DNA from: Octopus bimaculoides
Lineage: Eukaryota
Reading direction: 5' to 3'
Length of the DNA stretch: 64,000 nucleotides
Assembly (NCBI RefSeq): GCF_001194135.2
Contig: NC_069002.1
Location: forward strand, 22,467,695-22,531,694
Below the pieces are notes generated by a model, which saw nothing but the letters and a program-made list of their open reading frames with translations, was not told where the DNA came from and did no database searches. The position numbers and the translations under genes are program-made. Of this stretch, positions 10,326 through 23,412 are shown in pieces; the stretch's first letter is position 1, and every line of letters begins with the position of its first letter.

Positions 10326-12490
10326 AGACCATGTAGATAATAAAGAGGTATCCCCATTTAATCAGTGAGGTAACACTGATGCAGTGATATGTGAGACCAA
10401 AGTTAACTCCATCAATGTAAATATAACAGGCAAAATGAGAAGCAAAGATGCATCAATGACGATGCGTCTTTCAGAAACAAAGACAGGAGTACAACTTTAT
10501 TTAGTAGCTGAAGGAGAATAACATTGAAAATAACATCAAATTATTTTACTATTAAGCAATTCATTAGCAGAGTTATGAGATCAGCAGAGAGAATGCTTTG
10601 CAATATCTGCTCTGGATTCTGTGCTAAGTTCAAATTCACTGAGGGCAAACTTTATATGAGCACAATGCTGGTGCAACCCTCCCTCCCACTGATCATGTCC
10701 TGAATGTTCCACTGGGTCCAGGACAGAAGGGCCAAGAGGACTCCCCATCTGTGCACAACTACATGAGCACCTAAAATAATTAACAAAAGCACAGTACATG
10801 CAATCAAGTTGTGTTCAACTATAAGTGACAGATATAGTTTTATTATGCTATTCAAGTGGTGAAACTTTAAGTAACACATATATCCAAATAATAGCACCAA
10901 ATATATATTAATTCTGGTTATAAACACTGAGTTAAAGTGTGATAGTTCACTTTCTTAGACAACAGTAGAATGATCTATCTGCTGAGGAAGAAATAAAGTC
11001 TAAAATAACTGAAATAGCTGGGGCATTTATCAAGACAGAAATGTTACTACATAAACGTACATACACACACACATATGCACACGCATGTGCATGTGTGCGC
11101 ACATAGATATATATTTCATTTGTTTCATTTCTCTATGCAAGCATGGGTTAAATGACTAATGTTATTGAGGCATTGTCTCTTAACGCAAGTAAGCCCATAT
11201 GTTTTTTCAAGTAAGGAATTTCTTATTCCACACAGCAATTAACTAAGAGGAGAAATGCCAACAGAACACTACTCTAACAGTGGGACTTTCAAAAGAGCAT
11301 GTGGAAGATACACACACACACACAACAAGCTTCTCTTTTTTTAAGTCTATCTACTAAGTCCATTCCCAAAGCTTTGGACAGTTCAGAGCTATAGTAGAAG
11401 ACATTTGCTCAAGATGCTATGCAGTGGGACTGAACCTGAATCCACATGGTTAGCAAGTGAGCTTCTTACAACCATGTCTGTGCTTGTATAGATATTTCAT
11501 GATAAGCTAAGAAGCAGTGATTTTCAACTAGTGTCAATCATAAGTTACACCATAAGTGGCGTCAAGACCAGCTGGTTTGTACTGGCATCAATTCATATTA
11601 GTCGTAATAATGAAGTCAAACCAAAGAGTAATATTTTGAAATCATTTAATTTGTACATTTCAGGTCTGCATAATATAGAATAGGAACAGGCATCCACAAC
11701 ATAAAACCTCCTAAATGAAAGCATTTAAAAAATATTTTTGAAATGCTTTAACTTAAGAAGGTTTACATAATGGATGCATTTTCTATTATATATTACTCAG
11801 ACCCAAAATGTGCCAAATAGACTATATATATATCTTTTATTTTGGTTGAGTCAGTCTCTTTCTAATCTGTGTGCCTGCAGGTGAAATTCAGAGCAGCAAG
11901 AGACTCACTTGACCAAATAAAGTATCTTTAATCTCTATCCAGTTATTGAGTGCTTTTTTTTCCAATAGTTAATACTTAATGTATATANNNNNNNNNNNNN
12001 NNNNNNNNNNNNNNNNNNNNNNNNNNNNNNNNNNNNNNNNNNNNNNNNNNNNNNNNNNNNNNNNNNNNNNNNNNNNNNNNNNNNNNNNNNNNNNNNNNNN
12101 NNNNNNNNNNNNNNNNNNNNNNNNNNNNNNNNNNNNNNNNNNNNNNNNNNNNNNNNNNNNNNNNNNNNNNNNNNNNNNNNNNNNNNNNNNNNNNNNNNNN
12201 NNNNNNNNNNNNNNNNNNNNNNNNNNNNNNNNNNNNNNNNNNNNNNNNNNNNNNNNNNNNNNNNNNNNNNNNNNNNNNNNNNNNNNNNNNNNNNNNNNNN
12301 NNNNNNNNNNNNNNNNNNNNNNNNNNNNNNNNNNNNNNNNNNNNNNNNNNNNNNNNNNNNNNNNNNNNNNNNNNNNNNNNNNNNNNNNNNNNNNNNNNNN
12401 NNNNNNNNNNNNNNNNNNNNNNNNNNNNNNNNNNNNNNNNNNNNNNNNNNNNNNNNNNNNNNNNNNNNNNNNNNNNNNNNNNNTATATAC

Positions 12491-12555
<65 letters not shown>

Positions 12556-12872
12556 CATATATATATTATATATATATATAAAATTAGAAGACAGAAAAAG
12601 GAAAGTAATGAGAAGGCCAAAGTGGAATCAAATGCAAAATTCTTTGAGACAGTGTACGTCCAAATTTTACAAGGCCACTCATTTTCATTCTTACTTAAAG
12701 TTCAAATTAATCTATGAATCAAGTTGTGAGGTGACCCTACCCAATTGCAAAACAAGACACACTGTAAAAAATAAGTGAACATAACAAACACTGCATCAAC
12801 ACAAACAGAAGCAACAACAAAAGCGAAAAACAACAACAAAACTGCATGCTGAAAACAGTTTAGTCGTTATAC

Positions 12873-12928
<56 letters not shown>

Positions 12929-12968
12929 AGGTATATATGTACCCATCTAGAGTATGTGTCAATATATA

Positions 12969-14209
12969 TAAGGTGGTATCAGAAAGTTCCCAGACCAAAT
13001 CTGAAAAAAAAAAAAAGCTGTGCTTTAGTAAATAATGTATTTCTAATCTAATTTCTGCTTGGTATCCATCCTCTTTGAAATAGACCCTCTGGGGACATAA
13101 ACAGTAATCTCAACAAGTCTTCCATACCTCAAAAACACTGCAGAAACCCATTTCCTGAAGGCCACACTGAAGGCCCAGCAATTTTCTTTCAATGTCATCC
13201 ACCATGTTGAAACAATACCCCTTCACCTTCAGTTTTGTTTTTGGAAACCTAGTGAAGTCACTGAGAGATAGGGTAAGAGAATATGGAGTGTGTGGCAAAA
13301 CCATTTTGTTTTCAGACAAAAACTACATCTAGATAAAGGTGAGAGCAAGTGGTTTTCATGCTGCAACAACCAACTGTAATTGCACCATAGATTTGGGCAT
13401 TTTTTATAGTGAATCTTCTGCTAAATACCTCAGTTAATCACACTACAGTTGGGAGAAACAAATTATTGGTGAAAGATACCTTTGACATTAAAAACACGAT
13501 GAGCCTGGTTTTCATTGCATTGTGGATCTGTTTTGCTTTATTTGTTTTTACTCACTGCAAGTTCTTTATTGCTGTTTTGTCTTCAGATTTAACTATAAAC
13601 CCAAATGTCATCATCTGTGATAATTCTAAAGATTAGGTATCACTATTAATATTTCCGTGAATCTTAAAGTACATGTGAAAACACAGCTACTTTTGAAGAC
13701 TGTCTCATTTGTCAAACAGAGACCAAATTCAAACCAATGCAATACATGTTCAGATATTCTATATGATTCTCCAGACAGAATCGTAACAGATTCCAACCAT
13801 TTGAGAGAACTGATGGATTGTTCTGCAAGGGAGAAGTTTACAATTCCTCCAATATTTCTGGTATTTTACTACAGATTTCTTGCCTTGAAAGCTCATCATC
13901 TTAAAGTGATACTCAACCAATCTATAACACTCAAAGAACACATGTCACAAATCTTACAAAATACTTCAAGGGTTTCAATAGCAGACTCACAGTGCTTCAT
14001 TCAAAATCTGATGCAGGAAACCTGCTTGAATTTGTCATCATTGTAAAAATCACAGAATTGTTGTAACACAACATTACAAAACTATAAATAATAGTTGGAC
14101 ACAAGTAGATATGACAAAGCCTACTTTGAGATTGAACTCAGTAAGGTTGGCCACCAATAACTACCAATCACATTTATGTACAGGGAAGTAACTTTCTGAT
14201 AACACCTTA
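12969..14209 (-). mobile_element. Full-length decayed mariner/Tc1 DNA transposon
   Basis: TIRs taaggtggtatcagaaagtt and aactttctgataacacctta, each flanked by TA; ~1.24 kb. ORF 13110..13319(-) LPHTPYSLTLSLSDFTRFPKTK is a degenerate mariner HPPYSPDLAPxDFxLFPKLK motif. Confidence 0.88.
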
Positions 14210-15539
14210 TATATATATATATGTAAAACAATGTGTACATATACATTTGTAGCCCTCTTTCTCTCTCTCTGAAATAAAATTCATATTTATTAGTTTTAGC
14301 ATTTAAACCAGCCTATTTCATTGGTTCCTCAGTGCATGTTTAATGAAGATTTACATCAAAGTCCATCCGTCATACACTGAACATACTTTATCTAAAGCTT
14401 CTGTCTTAATGCTAGACTACACACCACCACCATGTCCACCCTGCTCAATCTTATACTTCTGGAACTTTATACAATGAGCCCTTTCTTCCCACTACAACAA
14501 TGCACCACCCAGCACTCGGTGATAAAATCTCTGTATCAATAGTCTTAGACAAATAAAGCCTGGGCAGCTCTTCAACTGGGCAGCTCCTGTCCAACTGTCC
14601 AACCCATGCCAGCATGGAAAACAGAAGCTAGACGACGATGATGACATAAGATCCAAATGTCTGGAACTTACATCCAATGTTGGTTTCTATAGCACCAAGC
14701 TGATGAATGACAAATCTGCCCCAGAATCATAGATGCTTTCCTTATACACAGAATTTAAACTCAACACAGCCAGCTAATGAACTGTGCTGCAGTCAGTTAA
14801 ATTACATTACGGCAAAATAGACTTCAATACATGCAATGTTGGTAATAATCTATAAATCATTACCCTGTCAGTCATCTCAACATACACATGTAAAGACCTA
14901 AAAAAGTCACCAGTATTTGATTTTCTCTTGAAGCTAATAGTTACCTTTTCCATCACTTCCCATGATGCATCTATTTGACCAGACAAGTGTAGTTGAGATG
15001 AGTTTTGAAAACTTTCCCGTTTCTATCTTTAAACCTAGATTCACTTCCCTGCCCATCAGTCTAAGTTAAGCTGTTATCACAATATTGCTGGAGCAATAAT
15101 GATTTTACACAAAATGAAGCAAATATTTTTCACATACAGCAACGAGAGCAAGTCAAGAGACTTTCACATTTCATTATTTTATAACTTTCAATCTTTGTTA
15201 GAAGTGTTTAAAAACCATTTAATTTTTTTTTTATTTAAAAAAAAATTTTTTGTATCTCTCTTACATGTTTCTAATATTTCATCATTTTTGCTCTTTCTTA
15301 TATTTCTTTAATGCTTGTAACTCAAGAATTAGTAGCCGAATTTTCCTCAAATCACAACCTATCATTTTAAATCAAAAAATCATACATACTAGTTGAAAGT
15401 CCAGATGAATCATAATATTTGCTGACTAAATATGTTAAAACAAAGACAGGAAAATTTAGTACATTTTTAATTCATGTTACATACGTTTCATTATAGTATA
15501 GGAAATACATTATGAATATTATTATTATCAATAATAATA

Positions 15540-15890
15540 ATAATCCATTCATCTGGAAGCACAAAGCCTTAAATTTTGGGGGAAAGGACTAGTCAATTAC
15601 ATTGACCTGAGTGCTTGACAAGTACTTATTTTATCGACCCTAAAAGGATGAAAGGCAAAGTCAACCATAACAGAATTTGAACTCAGAACATTAAAACAAA
15701 CAAAATGCCGCTAAGCATTTTGTCCTGCATGCTAACAACTCTGCCAGCTCATTTTACTATTATTATCAATAATAATAATAGTCCTTTCTACTATAGGCAC
15801 AAGGCCTGAAATTTTGAGGGAGGGGGGGATAGTTGATTGCAATGACCCCAGTAATTAACTGGTACTTAATTAAGTGACTCCAAAAGGAAA
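15540..15890 (-). mobile_element. Two tandem SINE copies (Meta-domain-like)
   Basis: ttttatcgaccctaaaaggatgaaaggcaaagtcaac...gaatttgaactcagaac, rc of the family core gcctttcatcctttcggggtcgataaa. Confidence 0.8.
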
Positions 15891-16539
15891 ACAAAAAGCG
15901 GAGGTAATAATATTTTGCAATCATTGTCTGAGGAGTTACAGTTAAGAGATCCTCTACATGTTCTCTACATCTATATTATTAATATATTTACATTCACAAT
16001 ATATTTCTTATGCTTTAATGAAATATATGTAAAATGAAATTAAAAATGTACCAAATTTTCCATTCTTTGTTTTTACAACATAAAAGAAAAAAAAAAAACT
16101 AGACAAAACTACCCAAAGGGAATGTTTCTACCAGTATATATATTAACTGTTGTTTTATAGATTTTTGTTGATTTTTGAAATAAATTCTAAAATCCAAGAA
16201 GAGAGGGAAAGAGAGAGAGCAAGAATGCGTGTGTGTGTAATTAAGCCAAATTCAATTTGGGGAATAAATTTGGCAGGGTGTGTGTGTTTCTGTATTGTTG
16301 GGTAGCAGAAGATAGGTAGCTTTTGAGCTCAAACAATCAAAACACAAATATACAACAACTGATACAAAATATAAGGTTAATAGGGCCTATCGTTAAGTCT
16401 AGGAAGAACAAAAACATTGATGGTGATAATATTGAAAATAATGAAAATGAAATAATGATTTCTTTATAACAATAAATAAATAAGAGTAATGTTAATAAAT
16501 AATAATAATGACGATAATAATAACAACAGTTCATCACTG

Positions 16540-17150
16540 AATGAGCGAGGAAATAAATGAAAGTTCGAGATTACAAGATGGAGAAAGACAGAAAAGAAGT
16601 GATGATGGAAAGAAAAGTAAGAGAGAATGAGTTAGAAGGAAGAAAGACAAAGGAATTGGAAGGAAAAAAAGGTGAAGGAATTGGAGGGTTAAGGAGTTGG
16701 CAGGAAGAAAGGGGAAAAGAAACGAAGGGGGAAGCAGCTGAGAAGAAAGTGAAGGAATTGAAAGGTTGAAGGGCGAAAGAAATGGAAGGAAGAAGGGCAA
16801 AAGAATTGACAGGTGAAGGAATTGAAAGGTTAAGGAGCTGGAAAGAAAAAAGGGGTGAAGGAATTGGAAGGGGAAAAGGGTGAAGGAATTAAAGGGTTAA
16901 GGAGTTGGCAGGAAGAAAGGGGAAAAGAAACGAAGGGGGGAAGCAGCTGAGAGGATAAAAGGTGAAAGAACTGAAAGGAAGGAAGACAAAAGAATTAGGA
17001 GAGGGAAGGAATTGGAAGGGAGAAGAGTGAAGGAACTGAAAGGTGAAGGAATTGGATGGAAGAAGACGAGTGATGGAATCGGAAGGAAGAAGGGTGAAAA
17101 ATGAATGAAATGAGAAAGGAAGAAGACTGATTAATATTTGGTAGAAGAAT
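16540..17150 (+). repeat. Purine-rich (GA) low-complexity tract with internal ~90-100 bp duplication
   Basis: Recurring aaggaatt(g)gaagg units. Block ggtgaaggaatt...aaggagttggcaggaagaaaggggaaaagaaacgaaggggg(g)aagcagctgag occurs at ~16671 and ~16879. Confidence 0.9.
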
Positions 17151-17178
17151 TAAAAAAGTAGAACAGAAGCATACTCAC

Positions 17179-17277
17179 ACTGTGAAACCTGGAATTCCCA
17201 AAGACATGATGACACATGTGCAAAATTGAAAGAAGAATACAAAGAAAAATATGAAGAAATTGAATGAGCTGTCACTC
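17179..17277 (-). CDS. SCAMP: SCAMP coding exon, TM3: (R)SDSSFNFFIFFFVFFFQFCTCVIMSLGIPGFT(V)
   Basis: Acceptor ttttctttttcag|G, donor GT|gtgagt; 99 nt, phase 2/2. RSDSSFNFFxFFF continues the E-peptide into TM3. Confidence 0.96.
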
Positions 17278-18259
17278 CTGAAAAAGAAAAGAAGAAAAAC
17301 TTTAATATAAGGAAAAGACTAGAGTTTGGAATATAGGCAGAAGGTTGTAAATTTTAGAGGGCATGGGTTTGTTGGTTACATCAATCCCACAATACTTAGA
17401 GAGATCAACTTTTGAAGGATGAAGAACCACAACAGGGACTTGATCTTAGGTCAGCAGAAATATCGTAACGCATTAATTTCCAATGTTCTTATAACCGTTT
17501 AGATACAAGGCCAGCAAGTTTGAGGGGAGGGGTTAGTCGATATCAACAACCCCAGTATTTGACTGGTATTTTATTCTATCAACACTGGAGGGATAAAAGA
17601 AAGTTGACCTCAACAGGATTTGAACTGAAAATGTAAAGAGCCAAAACAAATGCCACAAGGCATTTTGTCCAACATTCTAATAATTCTACCAATCCAACTT
17701 TGAAGGATGTAATAGAGTCCCAACAGCTAATAACTGACCTGGGTAGGTTATTTCATGCTTCCCCAATTCTGGGCATGAAAAAACATTGCCAAAATTCATG
17801 GATGCTGTGTTGTTTCTTGATTTTGTGAGAATGTCTACATGTGTCAGACATATGGAATTCAAAAAGGTGCCAAAGGTTGTTGCTGGAAAGATGGTGGATA
17901 ATTTTGTGGGTGTCTACGAAGTCAGTTGCTAGATGTCGGAGCTTTAATGTGTCCATGCCCAGGGAAGCAAGGCACTTTATCTTTCTAAAAGATAGAAAGC
18001 AAGCTTGATAAGACCTACAGAGATGAAGAACCGACACACACACAAACAACACAGTTATAAATGTTAAAAGCATTAGTTCCTTGGTTTTTCTAACCATTTC
18101 ATTGAATCTATTTTCATCTTCTAAAGGATGGCTTTAGAATATTTCAATACTGCTGCAGGTTATGTGAGTGGTCCTTAAACATATTTTCCTGTTCTTGCAT
18201 CCTTCTCTAACTTTGCTTTACATTTCCTTGTTTTACCTCAACATTGTGCACCCCACCCA

Positions 18260-18320
<61 letters not shown>

Positions 18321-18789
18321 CCCTCCTCTATTAGTGATCATGTCTAGAAAGCAAAAATGTCCTAAAACTTTTAGTACTCATTTTCTCTCTTTATAATAAA
18401 TGTGGCACCTTGCACAGCACAGTACCAAACTGTATTCCAATATCCCTACTGGAAAGTCTAAGTGTATCAAAGAGACTAGTTACTTTTTATATTTGGAGTA
18501 AATATCTAAGAACATTATCTGGTTGTGTATTCCTTATTACATTTGGCTCCATGTTAGTTTTGGTTTGACTAAATGGTATTTTCATCTCATGAAAATACCA
18601 TTTAGTCAAAACAGAAAGTGATGGCATCGAATGTCTTTAGAAAATCCTGCTGGCCCCTGATTCCATTATACAAAACTAGCCACTGAAAAGTATTTGTAGT
18701 TCAAGTGAACCATCTTAATTTCTAAGAAGAGCCTTTTGTACAACTGTGTTCCCAAACACCTCATAAATACTACAGCATTTAAACCAACC

Positions 18790-20550
18790 ATCATCATCAT
18801 CATCATCATCATCGTTTAACGTCCGCTTTCCATGCTAGCATGGGTTGGATGATTTGACTGAGGACTGGTGCAACCGGATGGCTACACCAGGCTCCAATCT
18901 AATTTGGCAGAGTTTCTACAGCTGGATGCCCTTCCTAACGCCAACCACTCAGAGAGTGTAGTGGGTGCTTTTACGTGTCACCAGCACGAAAACGGCCACG
19001 CTCGAAATGGTGTCTTTTATGTGCCACCCGCACANNNNNNNNNNNNNNNNNNNNNNNNNNNNNNNNNNNNNNNNNNNNNNNNNNNNNNNNNNNNNNNNNN
19101 NNNNNNNNNNNNNNNNNNNNNNNNNNNNNNNNNNNNNNNNNNNNNNNNNNNNNNNNNNNNNNNNNNNNNNNNNNNNNNNNNNNNNNNNNNNNNNNNNNNN
19201 NNNNNNNNNNNNNNNNNNNNNNNNNNNNNNNNNNNNNNNNNNNNNNNNNNNNNNNNNNNNNNNNNNNNNNNNNNNNNNNNNNNNNNNNNNNNNNNNNNNN
19301 NNNNNNNNNNNNNNNNNNNNNNNNNNNNNNNNNNNNNNNNNNNNNNNNNNNNNNNNNNNNNNNNNNNNNNNNNNNNNNNNNNNNNNNNNNNNNNNNNNNN
19401 NNNNNNNNNNNNNNNNNNNNNNNNNNNNNNNNNNNNNNNNNNNNNNNNNNNNNNNNNNNNNNNNNNNNNNNNNNNNNNNNNNNNNNNNNNNNNNNNNNNN
19501 NNNNNNNNNNNNNNNNNNNNNNNNNNNNNNNNNNNNNNNNNNNNNNNNNNNNNNNNNNNNNNNNNNNNNNNNNNNNNNNNNNNNNNNNNNNNNNNNNNNN
19601 NNNNNNNNNNNNNNNNNNNNNNNNNNNNNNNNNNNNNNNNNNNNNNNNNNNNNNNNNNNNNNNNNNNNNNNNNNNNNNNNNNNNNNNNNNNNNNNNNNNN
19701 NNNNNNNNNNNNNNNNNNNNNNNNNNNNNNNNNNNNNNNNNNNNNNNNNNNNNNNNNNNNNNNNNNNNNNNNTACAGTCTGCCTTTTACTCTGAGTGAGA
19801 GTCCCTTTGTCGCCAGCAGAGGTAAGAGCTCTCTAAACTTGGCCCAGGCTATTCTTATTCTAGCAGTTACACTTTCAGCGCACCCACCCCCACTACTAAC
19901 TTGGTCACCCAGATAGCGGAAGCTATCGACTACCTCTAGTTTTTCTCCCTGGAATGAGATAGAAGTTGTTTCCTGTTTGTTTACAGTGTTTATTGCACCT
20001 GAACATCTGCCACATACAAAAACTAACTTTGTAGTTAATCTGCCTTTGATATTGCTGCACCTCTTGTGTGTCCATAGCTTGCACCGGGTACATCTTATAG
20101 AGTTACTACCTACTCCTTTACTGCATACTGAGCAAGTCCATCTACCTGAAGGGGTTTATGTTTTATCTACCTTCCTACTTATGAGGATTTTGGTTTTTGC
20201 TAGGTTGACTCTAAGGCCCTTCGATTCTAGTCCTTGCTTCCACACCTTAAACTTCTCTAGTTCTGATAGTGACTGCGCAATTAGTGCAAGGTCATCAGCA
20301 TAGAGGAGCTCCCAGGGGCAACCTGTCTTGAATTCCTCTGTGATCGCCTGGAGGACTATGATAAATAGGAGGGGGCTGAGGACGGAACCTTGGTGGACCC
20401 CTACCTCTACCCGGAATTCATAACTGTACTCATTTCCAACCTTCACCTTACTGACAGCATCTCTGTACATGGCTCGCACAGCTCTCACTAACCATTCTTC
20501 TATCCCAAGTTTCCTCATTGACCACCAGATAAGGGATCAGGGGACCCTAA
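18790..20550 (-). mobile_element. 5'-truncated RTE-LINE with RT domain part, gapped
   Basis: ORF 20156..20518(-) contains GVHQGSVLSPLLF and WELLYADDLAL (RT YADD motif). Zinc-finger-like CSMCSKGVGSNSIRCTRCKLWTHKRCS segment; (CAT)n tail at 18790. Confidence 0.95.
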
Positions 20551-20820
20551 CACAAATAGTCTACCTCTTTAATTTTCAAACCAGCCATAGCAGGCCTCTT
20601 ACACCTATCCCATAATGTCATTCTAAAAATAAACAATCACAGCATCAAAATGTCAAAGCAACAAGATAATACATAATTAACTCAAAACACTGAATAAATA
20701 AGCATTATGTTTGATAATCCAAATGCTATTGGAATAACAAAAATGTCAAAGTCAGTGATTCTAATTAAATCCATTCAAATTCTTGCTTATTCTCAAAATT
20801 ATCTGAAACATACGCAGTGG

Positions 20821-21135
20821 GGGTGGAAACAAAATAAAAAATTGTGGAAACTGAAAATGCCTGAGAGCTAAAATGTTGCTATATTTGATTACTAGAAAAA
20901 TGCAAAATTTTTGCTGAGATCAATCAAGGGCATTTACTCCCTCAAGCCCCCTAAACTCCGAAAATGAGGGATTTTTGTAAATTTTTTACAATAGTGGAGT
21001 TTGTTGGGTTTGAGGGAGTAAATGCCCTTGACTGATCTAAGCGAAAATTTCAGGATTTTTCTAGTAATCAAATATTGCAACATTTTAGGCCTCAGGGATT
21101 TTCAATTTCCACAATTTTTTATTTTCATTCCACCC
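20821..21135. mobile_element. Foldback MITE with ~140-bp imperfect terminal inverted arms
   Basis: gggtggaaacaaaataaaaaattgtggaaactgaaaat...caagggcatttactccctcaa versus ttgagggagtaaatgcccttg...atttccacaattttttattttcattccaccc. Confidence 0.88.
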
Positions 21136-21370
21136 TAATTCAATAGAAATACAATGCCTCCCAACCAGACACCTCCCAAAAATCATCCCAAATGGTTTGC
21201 CATTTCTGTAGTCTGCTCCCTCTCTGTCATGACAAATAACAAGAGATAAGCAACATTATATTTTTATTTCCCTTTAATCATAATTAAAATGTATTTGAAC
21301 TGGCAGAAAGATGAATTTGAGTATGCACACATACACACAGACAAATATAGGCAGGTACATATTTACTCAC

Positions 21371-21530
21371 CTGAAAGCTTTATAGAGGGGTCGGTACCAA
21401 CAAACAAATGAACATGGAGTGAATAATAAGAACCAGAGTATAGAAAATCCGAATGTATTGGCTCCATCACTTCTGGCAACCAGATTAGCAAGACTTCCAA
21501 GGAAATTTAAGAATAATACAAAAACATACA
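21371..21530 (-). CDS. SCAMP: SCAMP coding exon, TM1-TM2 and E-peptide: (L)[52 protein letters not shown](R)
   Basis: Acceptor ttttttttgcag|TG, donor AG|gtgagt; 160 nt, phase 1/2. [24 protein letters not shown] is the conserved SCAMP E-peptide region. Confidence 0.97.
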
Positions 21531-21639
21531 CTGCAAAAAAAAAATAATAATAATTATAAGATTAATAAAAAATTAAAATTTTTCCTTTTTCAAAAAAAAT
21601 TTATCTAAATTTTGTTTTTGTTTTTAATAGTAATGAAAT

Positions 21640-21830
21640 TTGTGTAGAGGGGGTAAGTTGATCACATTGACCCCAGTACTTGACTGGTACTTATTTCATC
21701 AACCCTGAAAGGTTGAAAGGCAAAGTTGACTATAGCAGAATGTGAACTCAGAATGTTGAGACGGACGAAATGCCACTAAGCCTTTTGCCTGGAGTGCTAA
21801 CAATTTTGCCAGCTCACTGACTTAATAACA
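21640..21830 (-). mobile_element. SINE (Meta-domain-like)
   Basis: ggtacttatttcatcaaccctgaaaggttgaaaggcaaagttgac...gaactcagaatgt. Confidence 0.8.
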
Positions 21831-23159
21831 ACAAAAAAAAACATCAAGAGAGATAAAACCGGAAACCAGAATGGAAAAGGCAGTTTGATTATATGAAGCC
21901 AATCCATTAATATTTGAACAGTATTTATTTAGTAGTGGCAACATGTGGTGTGTGGTCAGTACAAACCAACCCACAACCCCACCCCACTCAACATTCTGAC
22001 CTTGCACCTATGTCATAAATCAACACAGACAACTACAATTTAAATAATTAATTTAATATTTGTTATCTTTCATAATATTTCTAAATTTTGGTAAAATATT
22101 AAAAAAAAAATTCTTTTATTGCATTTTGATTTACAATGAAAATAACATGTGCTGCTGGTTGGGTTATTTACCAAAAAGTAAGGATCAGAAGTCCAGGAAT
22201 TTAACTATTTAGCTCCAGACTGACCTTCACGCTCCTGGCAGCATCATTATGGAATCTAACTGCACTATTTAGCAAAAGTTTGCCCTCTTTCTCACTCATA
22301 GTAAATTCATAATTGGACACCTGCTCTATATCAATATCACATGATCAACCAAACTACATCACTGGTCACAATGCACTTAGCATCCTTTTAGCTTTTGAAT
22401 GATGCCACCTTGCTGGCTAGGCGAACAGGCCAACATTCCCTCTGATCAGATGGCTATTCCATTGCAGGGTTACCCATTTACAGCTAAGTGAACTGCAGCA
22501 ATGGGAAGTGAAGTCTTTTGCTCAAGGGCACACTGCACCAGCCAGTCAAGGAATCAAACCCATGGTTTATCAACTATGAGTGCAACACCCTAACCACTAG
22601 GCCGTAACCTATATCAATATACAGCTCCCATATATTACAAATTGATAAAAACTGTATCACTATAGCCAGATGGAGGACACATTTGCAAAACATTATATGA
22701 TAAACACATTATTTTCAATAGACCGATCAATATAACTCAATTAACAAATCTATAATTGCATTTATGACGCTGTGGATGTATGTCAACTGTATTCATCAAA
22801 ATACTTGACACTATGTCTGATGGTAAGACTAATAAATTAGTAAATGAATTCAATGACAGCTAGCACTTGGTTTCTGACAGTTCTGCCCCAAATCTTTAGA
22901 ACAGGAATGGTGATAATTGCATAACTCAAAACTTCAAGATAAAATCATTAGCATTGCTGGTACAATATAATATTTCTAAATTTTCTTTAGTGAAAGACTA
23001 ACAATAACAACAGTAATATAACAACAATAACAACAACAATAATAATAACAACAGTTTCAAAATGTAACACAAGGTCAGCAAGTTTGGGTGGTTCCCTTGT
23101 GTACATACATGCAAACATCAAAATGAAACATGAGAAACAGAAAAAAAATGGAAACTCAC

Positions 23160-23288
23160 ACATCCATAGGTAGTAAGCAAATTTTACAGTTTTCTGAAAT
23201 TCAAGAGGAATATCAACGCTGAAATCTTGGTAGAAGCAAGGTCCAATAGGGAACCATTTAGGCAGTGGTGGCCAGTTGTTCTGTTTGC
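23160..23288 (-). CDS. SCAMP: SCAMP coding exon: (G)[42 protein letters not shown]
   Basis: Acceptor ctatttacag|GC, donor GT|gtgagt; 129 nt, phase 1/1. NNWPPLP and [12 protein letters not shown] are diagnostic. Inside supplied ORF 22987..23316. Confidence 0.97.
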
Positions 23289-23412
23289 CTGTAAATAGTA
23301 AACAAGAAAACATCAATAGATTCTATGATGAAAATAGATATTACAAAGTTGCTAAACGTAACATATTTGTCACATGTTAAGGACGAATGAAGGTCGGTCA
23401 TTCTCATTTTAA

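Noticed and set aside
16557-16800. ORFs MKVRDYKMEKDRKE... and MPFFLPFLSP...
   Set aside because: Translations of the GA-rich low-complexity tract; no splice or homology support.
17177-17180. Tandem donor ACA|GTGTGA that would allow in-frame skipping of both TM4 exons
   Set aside because: The adjacent GT|GTGAGT is a much better consensus match; no evidence for use.
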